A DNA stretch of 61,022 nucleotides, counting the filler, from Catajapyx aquilonaris (lineage: Eukaryota): assembly GCA_000934665.2 (NCBI GenBank). It is 3 parts of 3 records of this genome, joined end to end, with 100 filler letters (N's around TTAATTAATTAA, not from the genome) between each part and the next. Parts side by side here need not be neighbours in the genome. Positions count along the whole stretch, not along the records: positions 1 to 20,270 come from JYFJ02006302.1; 2 more parts are not named here. One strand, given 5' to 3'. Position numbers and translations under genes: made by a program. The notes below the pieces were generated by a model. That model was given only the letters and a program-made list of their open reading frames with translations, was not told the origin of the DNA and ran no database searches. This document shows, piece by piece, positions 1-14,970 of the stretch (its first letter is position 1; each line of letters starts with the position of its first letter).

Positions 1-403
1 ATAACATAACTTACATAATAAATTACTAAAATAATAATTCGAATAAACTGAAGCACTATTTATGAACCGGGGCCAATCGTGTTGTGTTGAGTGGCACTCC
101 AAATAATAATTTGATATAGTAGCATACTGCAATACTGTATTAATTTTGCATTTCTGTCACCATTGATTTGGATTCTTGTACGGCATAATTTTCGGAGTAT
201 TGTGGGATTAATAACCCGCCTAAATTACCGGAGAAACTATACACTGACGATTCTCGAAATTGAAACTGTCCATCCTATCTGTTGCATAGCTTTCTCTTCG
301 AATTAAAAAGAAAAAAAAAGAAAACTAGCACGATATTAATTCAGATCTGTCACCTCATATATAGAGAGCGACGGAGCGATCTAATTGGTGAATAATGACC
401 TGG

Positions 404-419
404 TGACAGTGATTTATGG
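404..419 (+). promoter_or_regulatory. Candidate composite Hth/Meis + Exd/Pbx-Hox binding site
   Basis: TGACAG (404-409) directly followed by TGATTTATGG (410-419), with CTAATTG and TAATGA just upstream. Motif match only. Confidence 0.35.
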
Positions 420-3400
420 GGCTGAACTGCGGTATTACTATAGGGTGGGACATGAAGGAAGCCTTTGTGATTGCCCGTAGAACAGAAGAGGCACTCGTTT
501 AATAATTTTCCGCTTAAATTATGCCACAGTGTGTGTGTGTGTGTGGGTGGACACTGCCTTCTCTACACGATGGAAATTACTGGGGCCAGTTTTACTTCTA
601 ATTTGCACAACAATGTCGGGCCGATTGAAAGTTTTGTGAACAACATTGGATTGGTTGAGTGAACAAGCACAAAAGCACTCTATTGATTTTGTTTCCCGAA
701 CACATGTTGCCCCCCTCCACAAATGTGAGTTTTTTTGGTGTCCCATACCTGACCCAGGTAACTCCGATTTGCGGAGAATATTTGCGCACTTAATTATAAA
801 ATTCGGCAGAGTCCAGCTATTGGAAGACTTGGCCTTCACAAGGACGGCCTGAGAATGAAGAATGCGAGCTTTCATTTCCAGCAAAATAGCTGCGATGAAT
901 GGGATCCATATGGCTCCCACAGGGTGACTCACTGCTCACGTTTCGCATTACAATGCGAAGAATCTACGAATTGTTCATCCCAGCAACCGATAAGAAGAAG
1001 CTTTTACGACATATTCTCTCGTAATTATTGCTGACAAAAATGACTGCTGGAGTGAACTGGTGGTAGGTTTTTTGGAAGTAGACTTGGGCAATGCAGCACC
1101 CTGTGAGTCTCATCATCTGACGGAAAACCCTGCTCTCAGCTTCAGGATCCGCTTTTCTTGTCTTCGATAGGAGATGCCTCCTTTTCATTCTTATTTGATA
1201 TCCCTTGCTATAAATTCCTGCCCCAAGCATCTTTTCAATTCCCTCCGTCTGAAGATGGAAAGTGTCAACTACTCTGTGCATTAGTGTAAATAACTCCTGA
1301 TGGGGATGGAGTGTATTGGACAGAAAGGCGTCGTTCAGGTTCCAGATTTATCGCCGCAGATTTTAAAGGCTTCTTGGGCTTATCCGTCTAGATCCAGCTA
1401 CTGGAGGAGTCAATAGTATAATTTTGCTATAGCCCCTTCAAAAAATTTAAAAATTAATTCCGATCAGTATAACTCTACATCACGTCCGACGCAAACTTGA
1501 ATTTAAGGACTTTCTTCCACTGAAGGATATATTACGTAAGTCAAACTGGACCTTGAAGAGTTATGGCCCAGGGCCATAAAAAGAGATTTTTGTTTTCTCT
1601 TTCTCAAAGGCAAACTCTTTTCTGAGACTTCATTCTCCAGCAATCACCTAATGGGAACAGTTCTTGTGCTTCAAAAAAAAAGAGGAAAGAAAAGAGAGGA
1701 ACATGAGACGGTTTGCTTGTGAAGATTGTTTGGTAGGGCTAGTTTGATTCAGACTAGGCGACATTTGGAAGGCTCCTAAATCCTGGAACGTCAAAGTAAA
1801 TCTTGCTACGGATAGATTAATGGTCTTGCTTCATTTGAGGTCGCAGGTATCAGTATAGCAAGGTGAGAAAATCCTAGCCTTAAAATTTACCACGGGCGAA
1901 TCACAAAGACATTTTGGAAATCAGGAAGTGAGATAGGACCAAGGGCGGTTTAAAAGATTCAATTTTCATTTGCACCCCAATGGGCTTGTCAGGAACATTT
2001 TTCCGGAACGAGAAGAGTGACATGTTGACAACAATGAAATATTCACACCGAAGCTGTCACTTTTCGAAAATGGATTTTTTTCTAACCAACTGTAAATCAA
2101 TATAACAGGAAATGAGGTCGTCATCTTTGGAGCAACACGAAGCAAATGCGCATGCGCATGACTGACCCTGGCCGCCATGACAGTTCAGGGCATACTCTGA
2201 TATTTAACAGCGCCGAATGACGCCATGTTTTGTTGGTAAATTTCTATGTGAACTCTCTCTAGATTGTAACTGAAAATAACCTGCAGGATTCGCTCTCCGG
2301 AAAATTTCGCCCTAACCACTGAGCAGATTACCTTTTCGGCGAAGCTGCATGCGGGGTCCTTACTGTATCTATATAAGTTCGCCCAATAGGTAGCCTGGGA
2401 CTGAAAGACAAAAAAAAAAAGTAGGGATGGTACAGTAGGGCTCCCAATGTAGTTTGGGAGAGTTTAGGCGAGAGTGCAATTTCAGGGCTCAGCACCTTGG
2501 TAATAGCTGTGTGTGTCGGTGGAAAATGAGATCTTGGCTTGCCTCCGACGGACCTTGGGGACAAAGATTTCGGAGTCTCCCAGGCCCTCTCTGCTTTCTA
2601 TATCCCTTAGTTTTCCTCTTCGGTGCAACTCATCACAGAACTTTGTCCCCATCGGATATTGAAAGACCCGCAAAATAGGTATGAACAGCAAAAAAACTAT
2701 TATTTTGTACTGACAGGTTGAAGGGTGAAGAGCGATTTTTTTTTGCTTGCGGTTCTTTTTGGCAAAAAGATTCATTTCCGGAGTGTGTGCGGCTTCCGTG
2801 GTGAGCAGGGAATGGCATTTGAAATTAACGGAAGAGTTGGCAGAGTCTGAGCGGAAATTACGGTTGGTTCATTGCCACCAAGCTGTAGAACTGCTCTCTC
2901 TTTTTGATTTTTCAACTGAGTTAATTATACGTGCATGCTATTACTCGGAGAAAGATAACAAATCAACAGCGTGAGATTCGTAATCATAATCAATCAATTT
3001 GTTGTTCAAGCACTCACTGAATGTTTGGTTAACATTTTAGCTTCAAGGTGTGGCTATATTCGAAAATGTTTTGACTGAAACTATACAAATTGTGCAAATG
3101 AACAGCGAATTATCATTAATCTGCTACATGCAACATGATCATATTTTACCTTCAATAACATTATGGGCTTAGATTATCATAATATATCCGAACAGGTCAA
3201 GGCGACTGGTTTTATTTGCACAGACTTTTTTTTGTTTTACAAATATTCCACTTTGTTTTAGCACATCGCCATTTTTTGACTGAAGTTTTATTGTGCCTGC
3301 TGGCCGAGTTTGGACGTTACATAAACCACAAGCGTCAATTGCGTTACACGTGTAGTTGCTAAACTGCGAGGCGTGAACAGCAGCACAGGCCTCCCGGACA

Positions 3401-6400
3401 CGTCCGAAACTTCCATATTATTTTGAGGGAAAGCTACAAAACCCATACTCTGCATTCTCCTCATGTAATATGGGTGCATTGTATTTTTGAATTTTATTTT
3501 AAACACTGAGCAATAATAAGATTTGTTCATGTCACTGGAGGCCGGTGTATTTGGAGAAAGGCATTGCTCTACTTCTCGTGGCAACGTTATGGAAAAACCA
3601 GGCAACATATTATATTGCTCTGGGCACGAGTACTGCCATTGCGGATAATGCATCTGCGACGAAACTTCTAGCGATGGATCCTATCACGGTCGATACTTTC
3701 TCCCTTTCCCAGTATTCATGAAAGGTCATTAAATTAACGCTGATTCTGATGCATTACCTGTAATCGTATGAGCAGCTTTCAAATGTCAGACAAAACAGGT
3801 TTCCAAGAGTTAATCCTACAAAACATTGTTGGCATCGTTATGGAACACCCTGTTCTTGACAACTCAACCAGACTTCACCTGTAAGTTATTTTTCCAACAT
3901 CTCGTGACCCATCCGAGTCAAGACTTAGGAAGATGAGTTACGACCAGTTGAAACGTCACGTTCTCGGAATGACTTACAGACTCCCGCCCGAGGAGTGGTC
4001 TATAAATTAAACCTTCTGGTGTCTGGAGGGCAAAGTTCAGGCAAGGCGAGAGGTATAAGAAAAAAAAAGTGGAAGAAATACACGTGACAGCTATTTTTAT
4101 ATCCTCTTCTTCTGGCCCTGCACAGACTGTCCGAAAATCTAGCCACACCCTTTCCCGCTCAATATAGAAGCACAGTTCGATTCATGCTTCACCGCAATCC
4201 GATCTCGAATGGAAGGTAGAGACACCCAAAAATGAAGTGCAAGCCGCATGTGTCTAAAGGGGGTCATCAACAGTCAAATTTTCAGTAATTCCTGCCTCTA
4301 CATTTTAGACTTGTTTTTAGGTTATTGAGCACCCTATCCATATATTAACGTATAATATTCTGACTCACTTTTTTTTTTTGAAATTTGTGAGAGCTTGCCT
4401 TACGATTGTGAACCTTTTCAATTCGGCTGTGGGTGTCCCACTCTGAAAAGGATTCGGGTGTCCGTGAATAAAAAGTGGTGTCGAGCTCCAACACGTGGTT
4501 GTCGCATTTGACGGCAGAGAGAGCCGTTGACATAAAGGCAGGCAGCATCCCCTCTTCCCACGAGAAAGAGAGAGAAAAGAGAGAAGAGAATGATGCCAAG
4601 AGGGAAATGTTTCTTGAGGAGCCTTGGATGACCGCCAATCTGACGAGGCGGACAAAAACGTGTTACTGCAGCAGCCCTTTCCTTTCTATAGGCCTACATA
4701 GTTTTTAAGAAAAAAGAAAAAAGAAAAAAGATGACAGGCCTTCCAGAAGTTGTCCTTTGGCCGAGACGGAGCCTGGGCTTGCTGCCTTGCTTTGGCGTGA
4801 CGCGGACATTCTTTTCAGATTGACGTCATTTCTTTATAGTCTACGACGCAAAGATATTGCTTCTTGTCTTATACAACCACTGCTGGGATCATTCGAGCGG
4901 CCCGGACACCATACAGCACACAGCCAAAAAAAGAGACGCAATTACTGGTGTAATTGGTTCAAGTGCACCGATCCGTGAGTGGAATGAGAGCCACATGGCT
5001 GATGCTGTAAACTTGAACTTGTAACCTCCATAAAAATTGCCCTTCAACTGCATGGCTCCCCCCAAAATGTACAAAAAGTTGCGCTTTTTGTGAGATTGTC
5101 ATTCGGATGAGCTGCAATGCACATTTTATAGTAGAAGGATGTGATGCACGATATCGCTAAAAATACATTTCAATGCAGAATTGTCAAGATATTTTTGAGA
5201 AACAGTGATATTACGTGTATTTCACTCCTAGGTTTGTTATTGATTGCATATCCGTACAACTATTCAGAGTTTATTGCTATCTGAATGTCATTGAATTTAC
5301 ATCCAGATTGCACTGAAACAAATATGGATATTTGTTTCAGTGCAATATGGCTGTAAAAGTAATAACATAATATGTTATTACTTTTCATATCTTCAATATA
5401 AAATGTATGGTTATATCAGGAAATGTAGCCGAACAGGACCTAAATTATTACAAAGTGACAGTATGTTGACATCTCGAAAATGCAACAATATCAGCTTTCT
5501 ATAGGCGACACTGCAGCTGCATGCTTCTTTCTACCCTTGCACAAGGAATGTTGCCCTTGTACAGTATTTGCACGAGGCAAACACCACGAGTCACATTCTA
5601 TCACAGCTATAGAAATAGACCTGAGGCTAAATGCTATAGGACCCGTATAATGCAAGAGTGTTACCACCTCGAGCAAGTACAATATTCTCAGATTCTGCCT
5701 GATATTACATTCCGTCTGTAAGAAATCCTTCTTTTCCGCTGCTTTACGTCTCTGGATCCCTCCAAGCAGCGTCCTAGGATCATCCTGGATAAGAGTCTAC
5801 ACAGTAACTCGGAAAAAGAGATGGAGAACCAAGTATCGAAATTGCTTTAGGGCCTTTTTTCATGCAAGCTGTCACCTTCTTGCTATAACACCTTCAGGGA
5901 TCCTAACTATTGGCAAACGAAGAAAAGCGGCCAAGTGGACACGTGAATGACTTGGGCAAATTTCCTTTTTCCACGGTTCATCCACACTCCCTGTGATTCC
6001 GCCTCGTTAGAAAGAGAAGCCACGACGAAAATGGCGAATGGGGGATAAGCCAGAGAGCAAACTAGTACGAGCCAATAACTTGGTTTTTTGCTACGACTCG
6101 AATTCCTAATGCTCTTCAAAGCGTGCCGGGAGACTAATGAAACACCGTCTAGCACCGTCTTGGGCAAACAGACTTGCTGGCCTGCAGGGTACCATTCAGC
6201 CCTGCAGATATTCAATTCCAGTTTTTCCTGAGAAAAGGGCGCTGATAGGTTAGACTTGCCGGGAGAAAAACATATTAACTGCCACTGGCGGTTAAAATGT
6301 TTTTCTCCCAGCCTTGGAATATAATATGGCACATAGCACTGTCTTTATTTCCAAGCCATGTCTCCATTTTCTCCCCCCTCCAGACTGGAATTTTCCTGTC

Positions 6401-9400
6401 GAGATTTCCCATAAATTAAAGGTGGTCGTCAGACACCCAATAACTTTGCGGGAATGACTTCTTCGGTGGTAATCCCCGCCTTTATGGATTCACACGATAT
6501 TGATTAAAGAGGTCAGCGGGCGAATATTCCTCTGGTAGTAAAAAAGAGGTGTGCAATCTGGCCCGGTCCAATGGTTTGGCTGGGATTCGTCCGCAGTATA
6601 AGATGGGGGGCGTCCCCAATATTGGTGGAGGTCAAAGGTGCGTCTGATGGGCCTTAGAGACCATTCGGTTCTTTATAGACACATGCCGTCACATGTGAAG
6701 GTTTTTCCGGGTTTGAAATTATTGCACCAGATGTTTCTCTAAGATGAAAAAGTGGACCTTTGTTGCAGGACAATAGACTGTCGAAATATAGGCTCTAGTA
6801 GTTATCCTCGGTGTTCTGTGAATGGCCTGTGTTTGCATGGGAATTCCGCATAATTGCAGGACAATAGCTCACTTTATTAATCAAAATAGTTGCTTCCTAA
6901 TTGCTAATTGTCTTGGTCCAGAATGGGGCAAACTTTGGGCAGGTATTTAGATAGGACGGGATTGCAACTGTGGTGCACTTAATTAAATGCAATAAAGGCC
7001 AGTTCATGCGCATACCTGTCCAGCTGCGTAATTATTCAAGTCATTAGAGAGGTGGCAAAAAATTCGAGGCGCAGTAATTCACCGTATATACATTTCATTT
7101 TCAGGGCCAAGATCAAATTGCGTGGATACAGTGCGGTTGGAACTCTGCACAGTTGTACAGTGCTATGTGGGAAGGGCCTGTAAAAAACAGGATAAGTGGT
7201 CCTGTACGTAGTTATATGCATTTTGTGCATTTGGAGGGGGGGGGGGATCATTCTTTATGCCCGCCATGAACTTGAGGCAGCACAAGACAGGCATGTCTGG
7301 AAAATCCCCAAGCACTATTCTGGAAAGGGGCTTGAACTTGTTGATGGACGTGTCCTCATCTGAAGGAGACGACCATGAACACTGGGGAGGAGAGATAATG
7401 GCCTGGACCGAGGATATTTATATATAACTTGTTCTGACAGCGGTTTCGGTCAAGGGCTCCCGGGAGGACACGTCCAAAAGACCATGTAATGAGGTTGGAA
7501 GTCCGGAAAGTCCGCCCACATTGCAAATTTTTTTTGGAAGGAAAAAAAATGAATCGGATTTGCAGTCACTTTTCGTCGCATGGAAAGAGTTGGGTAATTG
7601 GTGTCCTGAGGGAACCAAGAATCGGATCTAGATTCCAGGATTTAAGCCGGCAGGAGAGTGTATGCGGCTTTTCTCTGAAATTCCTGAAACCTGATCAATG
7701 TGACGTCCGCTTGGCTGCACCGTGTCCAAACTTAATTGCTTGCGGACTTGTACGGAATCTATAGGGCTGTAAATTTCGAGCCCTGCCCCCCTTTTTTTCT
7801 TTCTTCCTCGAACGGATTGCCATTGAGCGTTCCGGTGGACTGGCTGAGGTGATCAGTCGAGCTCCGGAAATGCTTGGTGAGTGAGAGGACTTAGAATTGG
7901 ACACATAGCATCGATTTCGCCATCGAAATATATAGATTTCGCTTGTGACTCTGTCCGTGGTGATTCATCACCAACGTGCATGAGGTACCAGTTTCCCCCG
8001 CAGTTGCACTAGTGTGAAGAGGGAGTGCGCGCGCCATCTGTGAGCAGAATTATATGATACTACTTTTAGCCCGGGCAGTGTTCACAAGTTTTGACAACCG
8101 GTTCACTCTCTCCGCACAATAAGCGATCACTAATATCACCAGTATTGAGAGTTAATATCAAAATGGCAGTATCAATGAAATCACCGTGTTGCCATTTGCT
8201 TCATGCGAGGTTGCATTTCTGCTTAGGATACTTTATAACCAGGAAAACATGTAGAAATTGCGACGTACGCTGGGATCCAGCAGGGGGAAAATATTCCCCG
8301 TGCATCTACCGGTTAATTAAATGCAGTTAATTTGTCCCTCGTTTTTGCGTATGTAGCTGGCTCATAAAATAAGCATTGGTGTTGACAAAAATTGCATGCC
8401 GTGAGAGCAATGCAATCCACGTCGAGTGAGCACATTGTAAGGCAATGTTTACGTTCTGGTTGAACAGTGGAATTCAAGAGGAACACGGTCGCGTGGCAAT
8501 CAAAAATTAAACGAAAAATTGTGCACAGTTTTGGCAAACTTTAAATGCTGGAGAAAATGAACATTTAATCCAACTACTCGTACATACATATCGAAAAGTT
8601 GTATAAACTTTAGGCTGAATACATATCCGTGTCTGAAAGTCACCTGCAAGTACTGTTAAAAAGAATCATTAGCAAGCTGAGCAGGCTGTGAATTTCTAAT
8701 CCTTCGTTTCCACCTCCCCTTTTTTACCATTTTTCACATCCCCCCCCCCCTCCTCCCAAACTCCTTTTCCTCCATATTCCTCAGAATGTATAGGGAGAAA
8801 CTCTGCAGGAATACGGATATTTTGGAGCGGTGCCAGTTGTGGTTGCAGATCTCTGCAACCTTTGCGCAGTATCATTTTTGGGGTCCTCGTCTTTTTACCC
8901 AGAAAACAACCCAAAAATTTAACCCACCCTCCCTCCCTCCCTTTAAATACACAGTAGCCAAGAGTCTATTGTTCCAAAGCCCATTTGGCACCCTTCCTAT
9001 GCTGTACACTGCACGATGACATTCTTGCCATCAAGTATGTTCGGCACTTCCAAGTTGAAGTTGGGAACAGAGCCAGAAACATTTGTCAAAAAAAAAAAAG
9101 AAAACCGACATTGTTTTGACAGAGGAATTGTTACGCCATCGCACTTTAACGTCGCAATTAGACTAGTTATAGATACCGGTCTCATCAGGCGTGATGCAGA
9201 AAATAACCTATTTTAAGTTAGCACCTTTGCGGCCTTGACTTTTCTGTGCTTCCGTGCCCATCGATTGGCCATCATGCAGCTTTCTGCCATTGTATACCAT
9301 AGTGGTTAAACTCTGCCGACACAATAAATAGGCCTTCATAGGCGGTTATCTATACGATGGGCCCCCGATACCATCTCTGGGTGCTATCTTGTTTAGTGCC

Positions 9401-9520
9401 TGGAAAGGTTGCCGTTGCGCACGATATGGTCACGATTTGTGTGGAATATAGCTGTGTGGCCCCGTAGGCACAGAACATTATACAAATTTTTGAAAAAAGA
9501 TAGCATCTTAACTTCAACAA

Positions 9521-9905
9521 ATTTTTAGTCTTCTTCTCATCGAACAATAGAACGGCTCTGTCCGTCCGTGTACAGGTATCAGGGCCTAAACCGCAAGAGT
9601 TATCGACAAACTGTTTTCGGATTCGGATTCAGCGGAGTCTAAATAGTTTCATGGCCAACTTCCGGTGATCGGCCACTTCCGGTCTTCAGGACACACGATT
9701 TACAGTCCAACGAACGATCTGACGTCACGTTCAGCCCCGCCTCCACCCGGCTCTTTCCTCCAATCATGTCCCCTAATAGTTCTTCAAGCATACTGTACTG
9801 CGCATGCTCAGAAAACACGGCTGGTGTGACGTCAGATCGTTCTTTGGTTTACAGGCAGGGAGCAATGCCCAATGAGAAAAAGTCTGCTCGAATCATGCTC
9901 GCGTT
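9521..9905 (+). mobile_element. Possible non-autonomous Helentron-associated (HINE/DINE-1-like) element
   Basis: T-run start, then AGTCTTCTTCTCAT whose imperfect inverse ATGAGAAAAAGTCT lies near 9872; short CTGTCCGTCCGT microsatellite at ~9558; internal inverted repeat AACGATCTGACGTCAC (~9714) / GTGACGTCAGATCGTT (~9826). Confidence 0.4.
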
Positions 9906-12004
9906 AACATGTTTTTCTCCCGAGCCCTTCTATTAACCTGTAGCTTGAGTCCAAAAAGGGATGGCAGGTTGACGTACTTTTAGAGGAGGACACCAGGTAC
10001 AGTTTCAAAAGGGAGGGGGTAGAACAGCAGTTCCGGGAGTGGACATAAATGCGCGAATGGCTGAACAAAAAGGAGGAAGTGCCGCGCTTATCATGCAAAG
10101 TGGAGCATTCATAATGATGGCCTCTCGGTTGCAAGGCCCGGGCACATTTCACTTTATGCTCCTCCATTACTTTTGTGCCTGGCTCTTCTTTTTTCAATTA
10201 TTAATGGAAGGAATTATCATGAAGGCTGCGAATAAAAGCTTCAGAAACTCCCCCGCAGCTTCAGTAAGTGTGTTCCTCAATCCTCATTATGACTACAGGA
10301 GATTCTCCCCCACTGGCAGCACTTCACCACCTCATCAGGAGATCATCTTTGTCTCATCACATGTTCCGTGACTCCTCTGGGTTCCACATAATTCGCCACT
10401 TTTTTCCACAGTTTGCACAAACAATTAGGTCTAATCCGCAGGGCAATTAGGCAGAGTGTTGCGTTCACTCATCGTAGACACGTTTAACATGGTTTCAGGG
10501 GCGGAACTGGTGGCAACACCATCGATTTGAAGCGAGGATGTCATCTTGACATGGTCTGGTTCTGCTATGGCCAAACACTCGACACGCCACGTTTCGTGCT
10601 CGGGGACATCAAAATAATCAGAAAGGCCAAGGCTTGACCTGGGGCAAAAATCGCAGAAATAAGTAAAATAAGCTGGGGATTAACGAGTCTGTGTGCATTT
10701 TGCAGATTTATGGCTTCACCAGACTTCATAACTTCTGCAGACCTCAGGGTTTTGAGCTCTCTGATTCGGTTTTGCCATATAATTAGGAGGAAGTGCGTGA
10801 TGAGTAATTAATCCAAAGGCGGTTCAGAGTAGGGAGGGGATTTACAACTTTCGTAACGTATATTCTGGCAGCCGAAATGACGGAACAGATGATTTGCGAA
10901 TTCAGTTCGCGAATAATTAATTATGTAATTCGCAAGGGCACCAGAGAGACTCTGCTGCAAAGGTACATGTCTCTTGAGATTTATTGCAGCTTGTTCCCAT
11001 AGGTTCTTATCAATGACACTGTTTCGAAGAAAAATTAATTTCTTCTATAATAGTAAAATCCTTTGTTGTATGACCGAGGCTTCCGATTGGCTCTCGTTCT
11101 ACGCCTGCGCAATGGGGGGATGCAGCGCCTCTGGTGGCTGGGAGGAGGAACTAGTTAAATTTTTAAAATTGCACAGCATTGACTTTCTTGCCCCCTCTTT
11201 TTTACGAAAAAAAAAAGTAAGAACGAGAACTTGAAACCACTTTGGAAAATGAAGTACCCCCTCCGTTTTAGTGGAAATTACTTGAAGTTCCATTTCCGCG
11301 CGGTCCATTCTTGCTTCGGAGCCCTATGGGAACACAATAGTTCTTATCAGGCCTATTATCGCGACAGGCTTTCACATCTGTCTCCAGAACTTCAACTTTT
11401 ACACACCCCACCGCCACTAACTATAGAGATGGTGGAGCAAAAAAAACTACTTTTTTTTTGAAAGATATAGTTTGAAAACTCATTTCGCTTGGTACGTAAA
11501 AGACTTGCATCTTTTTCCACAGGAAGCCGAGTTATCTGAACTTCCTGCGGGGGTAGAACCCACTTCATTTGTTTCTCTCCCACAACTTCCTCCTTTTTGC
11601 CTCGTTGATATTTTCATTCGCGGCTGATCAGGCAGCACACAGCCTTGGAGGAAATGTTAAGGAAAAAAAAAATTGGCGAGAGCGAAATTCCCTTGGGGGC
11701 GTAGGAAGGGGTGCGCATCTCTGCGGCGAAATTTTTTTGCATTTCAAATGTGATGGAAAATCGCACCAGGGAAAAGGTGGCGTTGCCAGCATTTCTGACA
11801 CTTTGGCGGAACCTGAGCAAAGAAAAAGGGGCATGCTGGATCATGCCAGTTGCGCATAATTAGGTTGTACACATGTTCCAGGAGAATGTTGCAAAAAAAT
11901 TCATGAAAGTTGGATGACTTAATCCAGATACGCTCAGGGTCCTATATAGGACCCTTGTACAAATGTTAAAAGTTTAGTTATTGTGTTTATACATACCGTA
12001 TATA

Positions 12005-12282
12005 TGATTTTTTTTTACGAGCGAAACCGAGTGCGCACCCAAACTCGCGCAGTTCCATTTTTCTGGCAGTCAGATGTACTTCCGTAGCCTCAGAGCCTTG
12101 GCAACGTCACAAATGTCAGCCATTTTGTTCCCTCAAGCGTAGTGTTGGAAATAAGTCCAGCGATTATTTACGAATTCACCCACTATACTGTACAGAGAGA
12201 TTACCAGCTATTGATAATTTCAACCCTGCAATCTGCGCGAACTGTGGCGCGTACTCGGTTGCGCTCGTTAAAAAATTCATTG
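12005..12282 (+). mobile_element. MITE-like element, copy 1
   Basis: Imperfect TIRs TTTTACGAGCGAAACCGAGTGCGCAC...CGCGCAG / CTGCGCG...GTACTCGGTTGCGCTCGTTAAAAA; a second copy lies at 14750-14970. Confidence 0.65.
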
Positions 12283-14749
12283 TCATATATTCATAAACAT
12301 ATATTTCTAAATAATTCAGGTATATGTTTGGGCTAATGTATTTAATAAATTTAAGCAGCTGTTTAGTGCGCACATACTTGCAACTCAACTATTTAATAAT
12401 GCTTGTTTCGGTGCATGTCTTGTAGGTATTGCGGGAGCCTCTGGTTACACTCAGGGTAATTAGAGTCAGTTGGTTCCGGCTTGTTGGGTTGATAGCAACC
12501 AATTTGTTTACCTCGCTTTCGGTTACAAATGCACAGGTCGGTCTGGTCCCTACCCCCGCAGGGAAGAGGAGCAAATAACAAGCTAGTCTTGGGGATTCTG
12601 AGGTTGATCTCGCGGGTCTGCAGGCTAATACCTGGGCTTGCCAAATGAGATCCCGCAGGCGTTATTTTCATATTATTTCGTTGCGTGCAACGGCCCTGCT
12701 GGTTAGCTCATACACAGAGAGAGGCTTTGCTCTGTACATGTTGTGTTGCCGCGCATGATTCCCACCTGAGTGATTAGGGTAATGAAATCAAGTGGCGACC
12801 TGTTACCAACCGGACATTGATCTTTGTTGCTATAGCTGGACAGCCAGCTGGAGGAGAAATGCGAATTTTGGCAAAAATCATTACCTGTAGAATCGCAGGA
12901 TGGCACGCCATGAATGTTTATTACAATTTTTTACAGTACGTAGGTTTAAAATGTGAAATAATCTGAAACTGGCACTCACAAAATGCGGGATTTTGCGGTT
13001 TAGAACAAAAAATATGGTTTGCATTTGACGGCCTTTCATTCGGTTGACACTGACAAGGATCGATGCGGCCCATTCGGCACCAATGTTATTGACTACATAT
13101 TGGAAGGAAAAAGCCACCAATTTTGTTCATGGTAACCACCAAATTCGTTCGCTTCCAGAAATATGCAAGAGGTGAACTTGATTAAGTACGCCTATAACCC
13201 ACAAATCTCTTTCATCCTCCTGAATATTCACGCAAAATTCAGTCCGCAATATTAAACTCTGCTTTGAACCGTTAGTTGCGAGCACTGGTTACACGAACGG
13301 TTTAACTGCCCGTTAAGCGCTAACTGCAGCTTAAGGTTCAACCCTCTCTCAGGTTTAGCCATCCAGGAATAAACAAGTACCCAAAGTTATGTGGTATTTG
13401 AGGGGAAGTGGCGATGAACAGAGGAGAAAACCATTCCCGGATTTATAACCGCCCCGCCACGTCGGTTGTAGATACAATCTGAGCGGAGACTTCAGAGTTC
13501 GGTTATTGTCCTGACCGACTTCTCCTTTCATGTGCTCGTTAGGCGGAACGAGTCCTCCCCAAGTTAGTTGGCTTCGAACAAAACATCTCTCTCTGCTGTT
13601 ACCGCAACCAAGCAGTGAAACAGCAGGAGGGAAGTCCCTAACCACTAATGTCGCCTCAGTTTGAAGTACAGTATACTGCACACTGTATTGCAAAATCTGG
13701 ATGATATAATGAGTTGTATGTTTGTCCCAGCTGATAGTACCACTCGCACCATCCTAGTGGCAGCAGTGTGCAGAGAGGGATTATGCGCCATATATGTGCA
13801 GGAAATGGTACTTCTTGCTAAAATTTGGCTCGTGTATAAGCAATAGGATCCGGAACTGTTGGTCTAGTGGTATTCTCTCCCTCCAAATCGGCAATATATT
13901 GTGGTATCCGTCAGTTCCGAAAAGGAATCCGAGCCTGAGGCAAATGGAGTTCGGATGTTCCGTATATAAAAGGGAAACATCCCTCTCGACCAATCACTCC
14001 AGACTCGAAACTCTCTGAACACACAAGTTTCTCTCTCCCTTATCTGGAAGACTTTAATCAGCCATTTCCTTCCTCTAAGTGCATCATTTGTTAACCTTAT
14101 GTGCCCTGGCTCCAGACACTTGAGGAGGGCAAAAAGAGGGGTTTTTGTTATGTACAAGGAAATGGCTGGGAGTGATTTAAGTCTTAGCTCGACCAAGAGA
14201 TGAGGATATGCACTGAGCCGCCTCTGGGCTGTGGACACATTTGGCTTGAAGCCACGCAATGTGTCCTCATACAAAGCGTTGGGATACATTATACGCGCCC
14301 GGACGGTCCTCAATGCGGGGATGCGCCCAAGGAAAAAATAGCTGTGACATCAATTGCACCATTCACTATATTACTGAAGATTAGAACAGCTGGCCTCGAG
14401 TATAAAAAAGGACAGAAAAACAGCGACTGTGTTTCGAGACTTTTGGTGTCTGCCAAGTGGGTCTAGTTCTGAGAGAACTGTTGCGTAACGGTCACGATAT
14501 TACGCACTTCAAGGGCTGGAAATGTGATCAAAACCATATGCCCTTATGTAAGCCACGCTGGAAATTGTTGTGACAATAATAACACATTACTCTGTATACA
14601 AAATTTTGAGTTATTTATTCACTACGTCTTCTCTACACGAGACCCGAATAATTTAAAGGAATTTCTCAATTCGATTCCTGGTGTTATGAAACGACGAGTG
14701 GACAATGCCAAATTTTGCTACGCATCCCGATATTTCAATTTGCTATTGG

Positions 14750-14970
14750 GGAATTTTTTAGGAGCGCAACCGAGTGCGCAACACAGTTCGCGCAAATTGT
14801 TTTCAACACTAATCTTGAGGGGGTAACAATATGGCCGACTTTTGCGACGTTGCCAAGACAGGAACGAACCTTAGAGGCTACCTGAGGAGTAACTGTGGCA
14901 ACGTTGTTGTCGGAATAATTGAGTGCGCCAGTGTGGATGCGCACTCGGTTGGCTAGTTAAAATCATTCAT
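14750..14970 (-). mobile_element. MITE-like element, copy 2 (inverted relative to copy 1)
   Basis: Ends TTTTAGGAGCGCAACCGAGTGCGCA ... TGCGCACTCGGTTGGCTAG. Its internal TGGCCGACTTTTGCGACGTTGCCAAG is the approximate reverse complement of CTTGGCAACGTCACAAATGTCAGCCA in copy 1. Confidence 0.6.

Noticed and set aside
1334..1557. Possible Kolobok-like MITE (TTCAGGTTCCAGATTT / AAACTGGACCTTGAA)
   Set aside because: TIR match is too short and imperfect, and there is no TTAA TSD.
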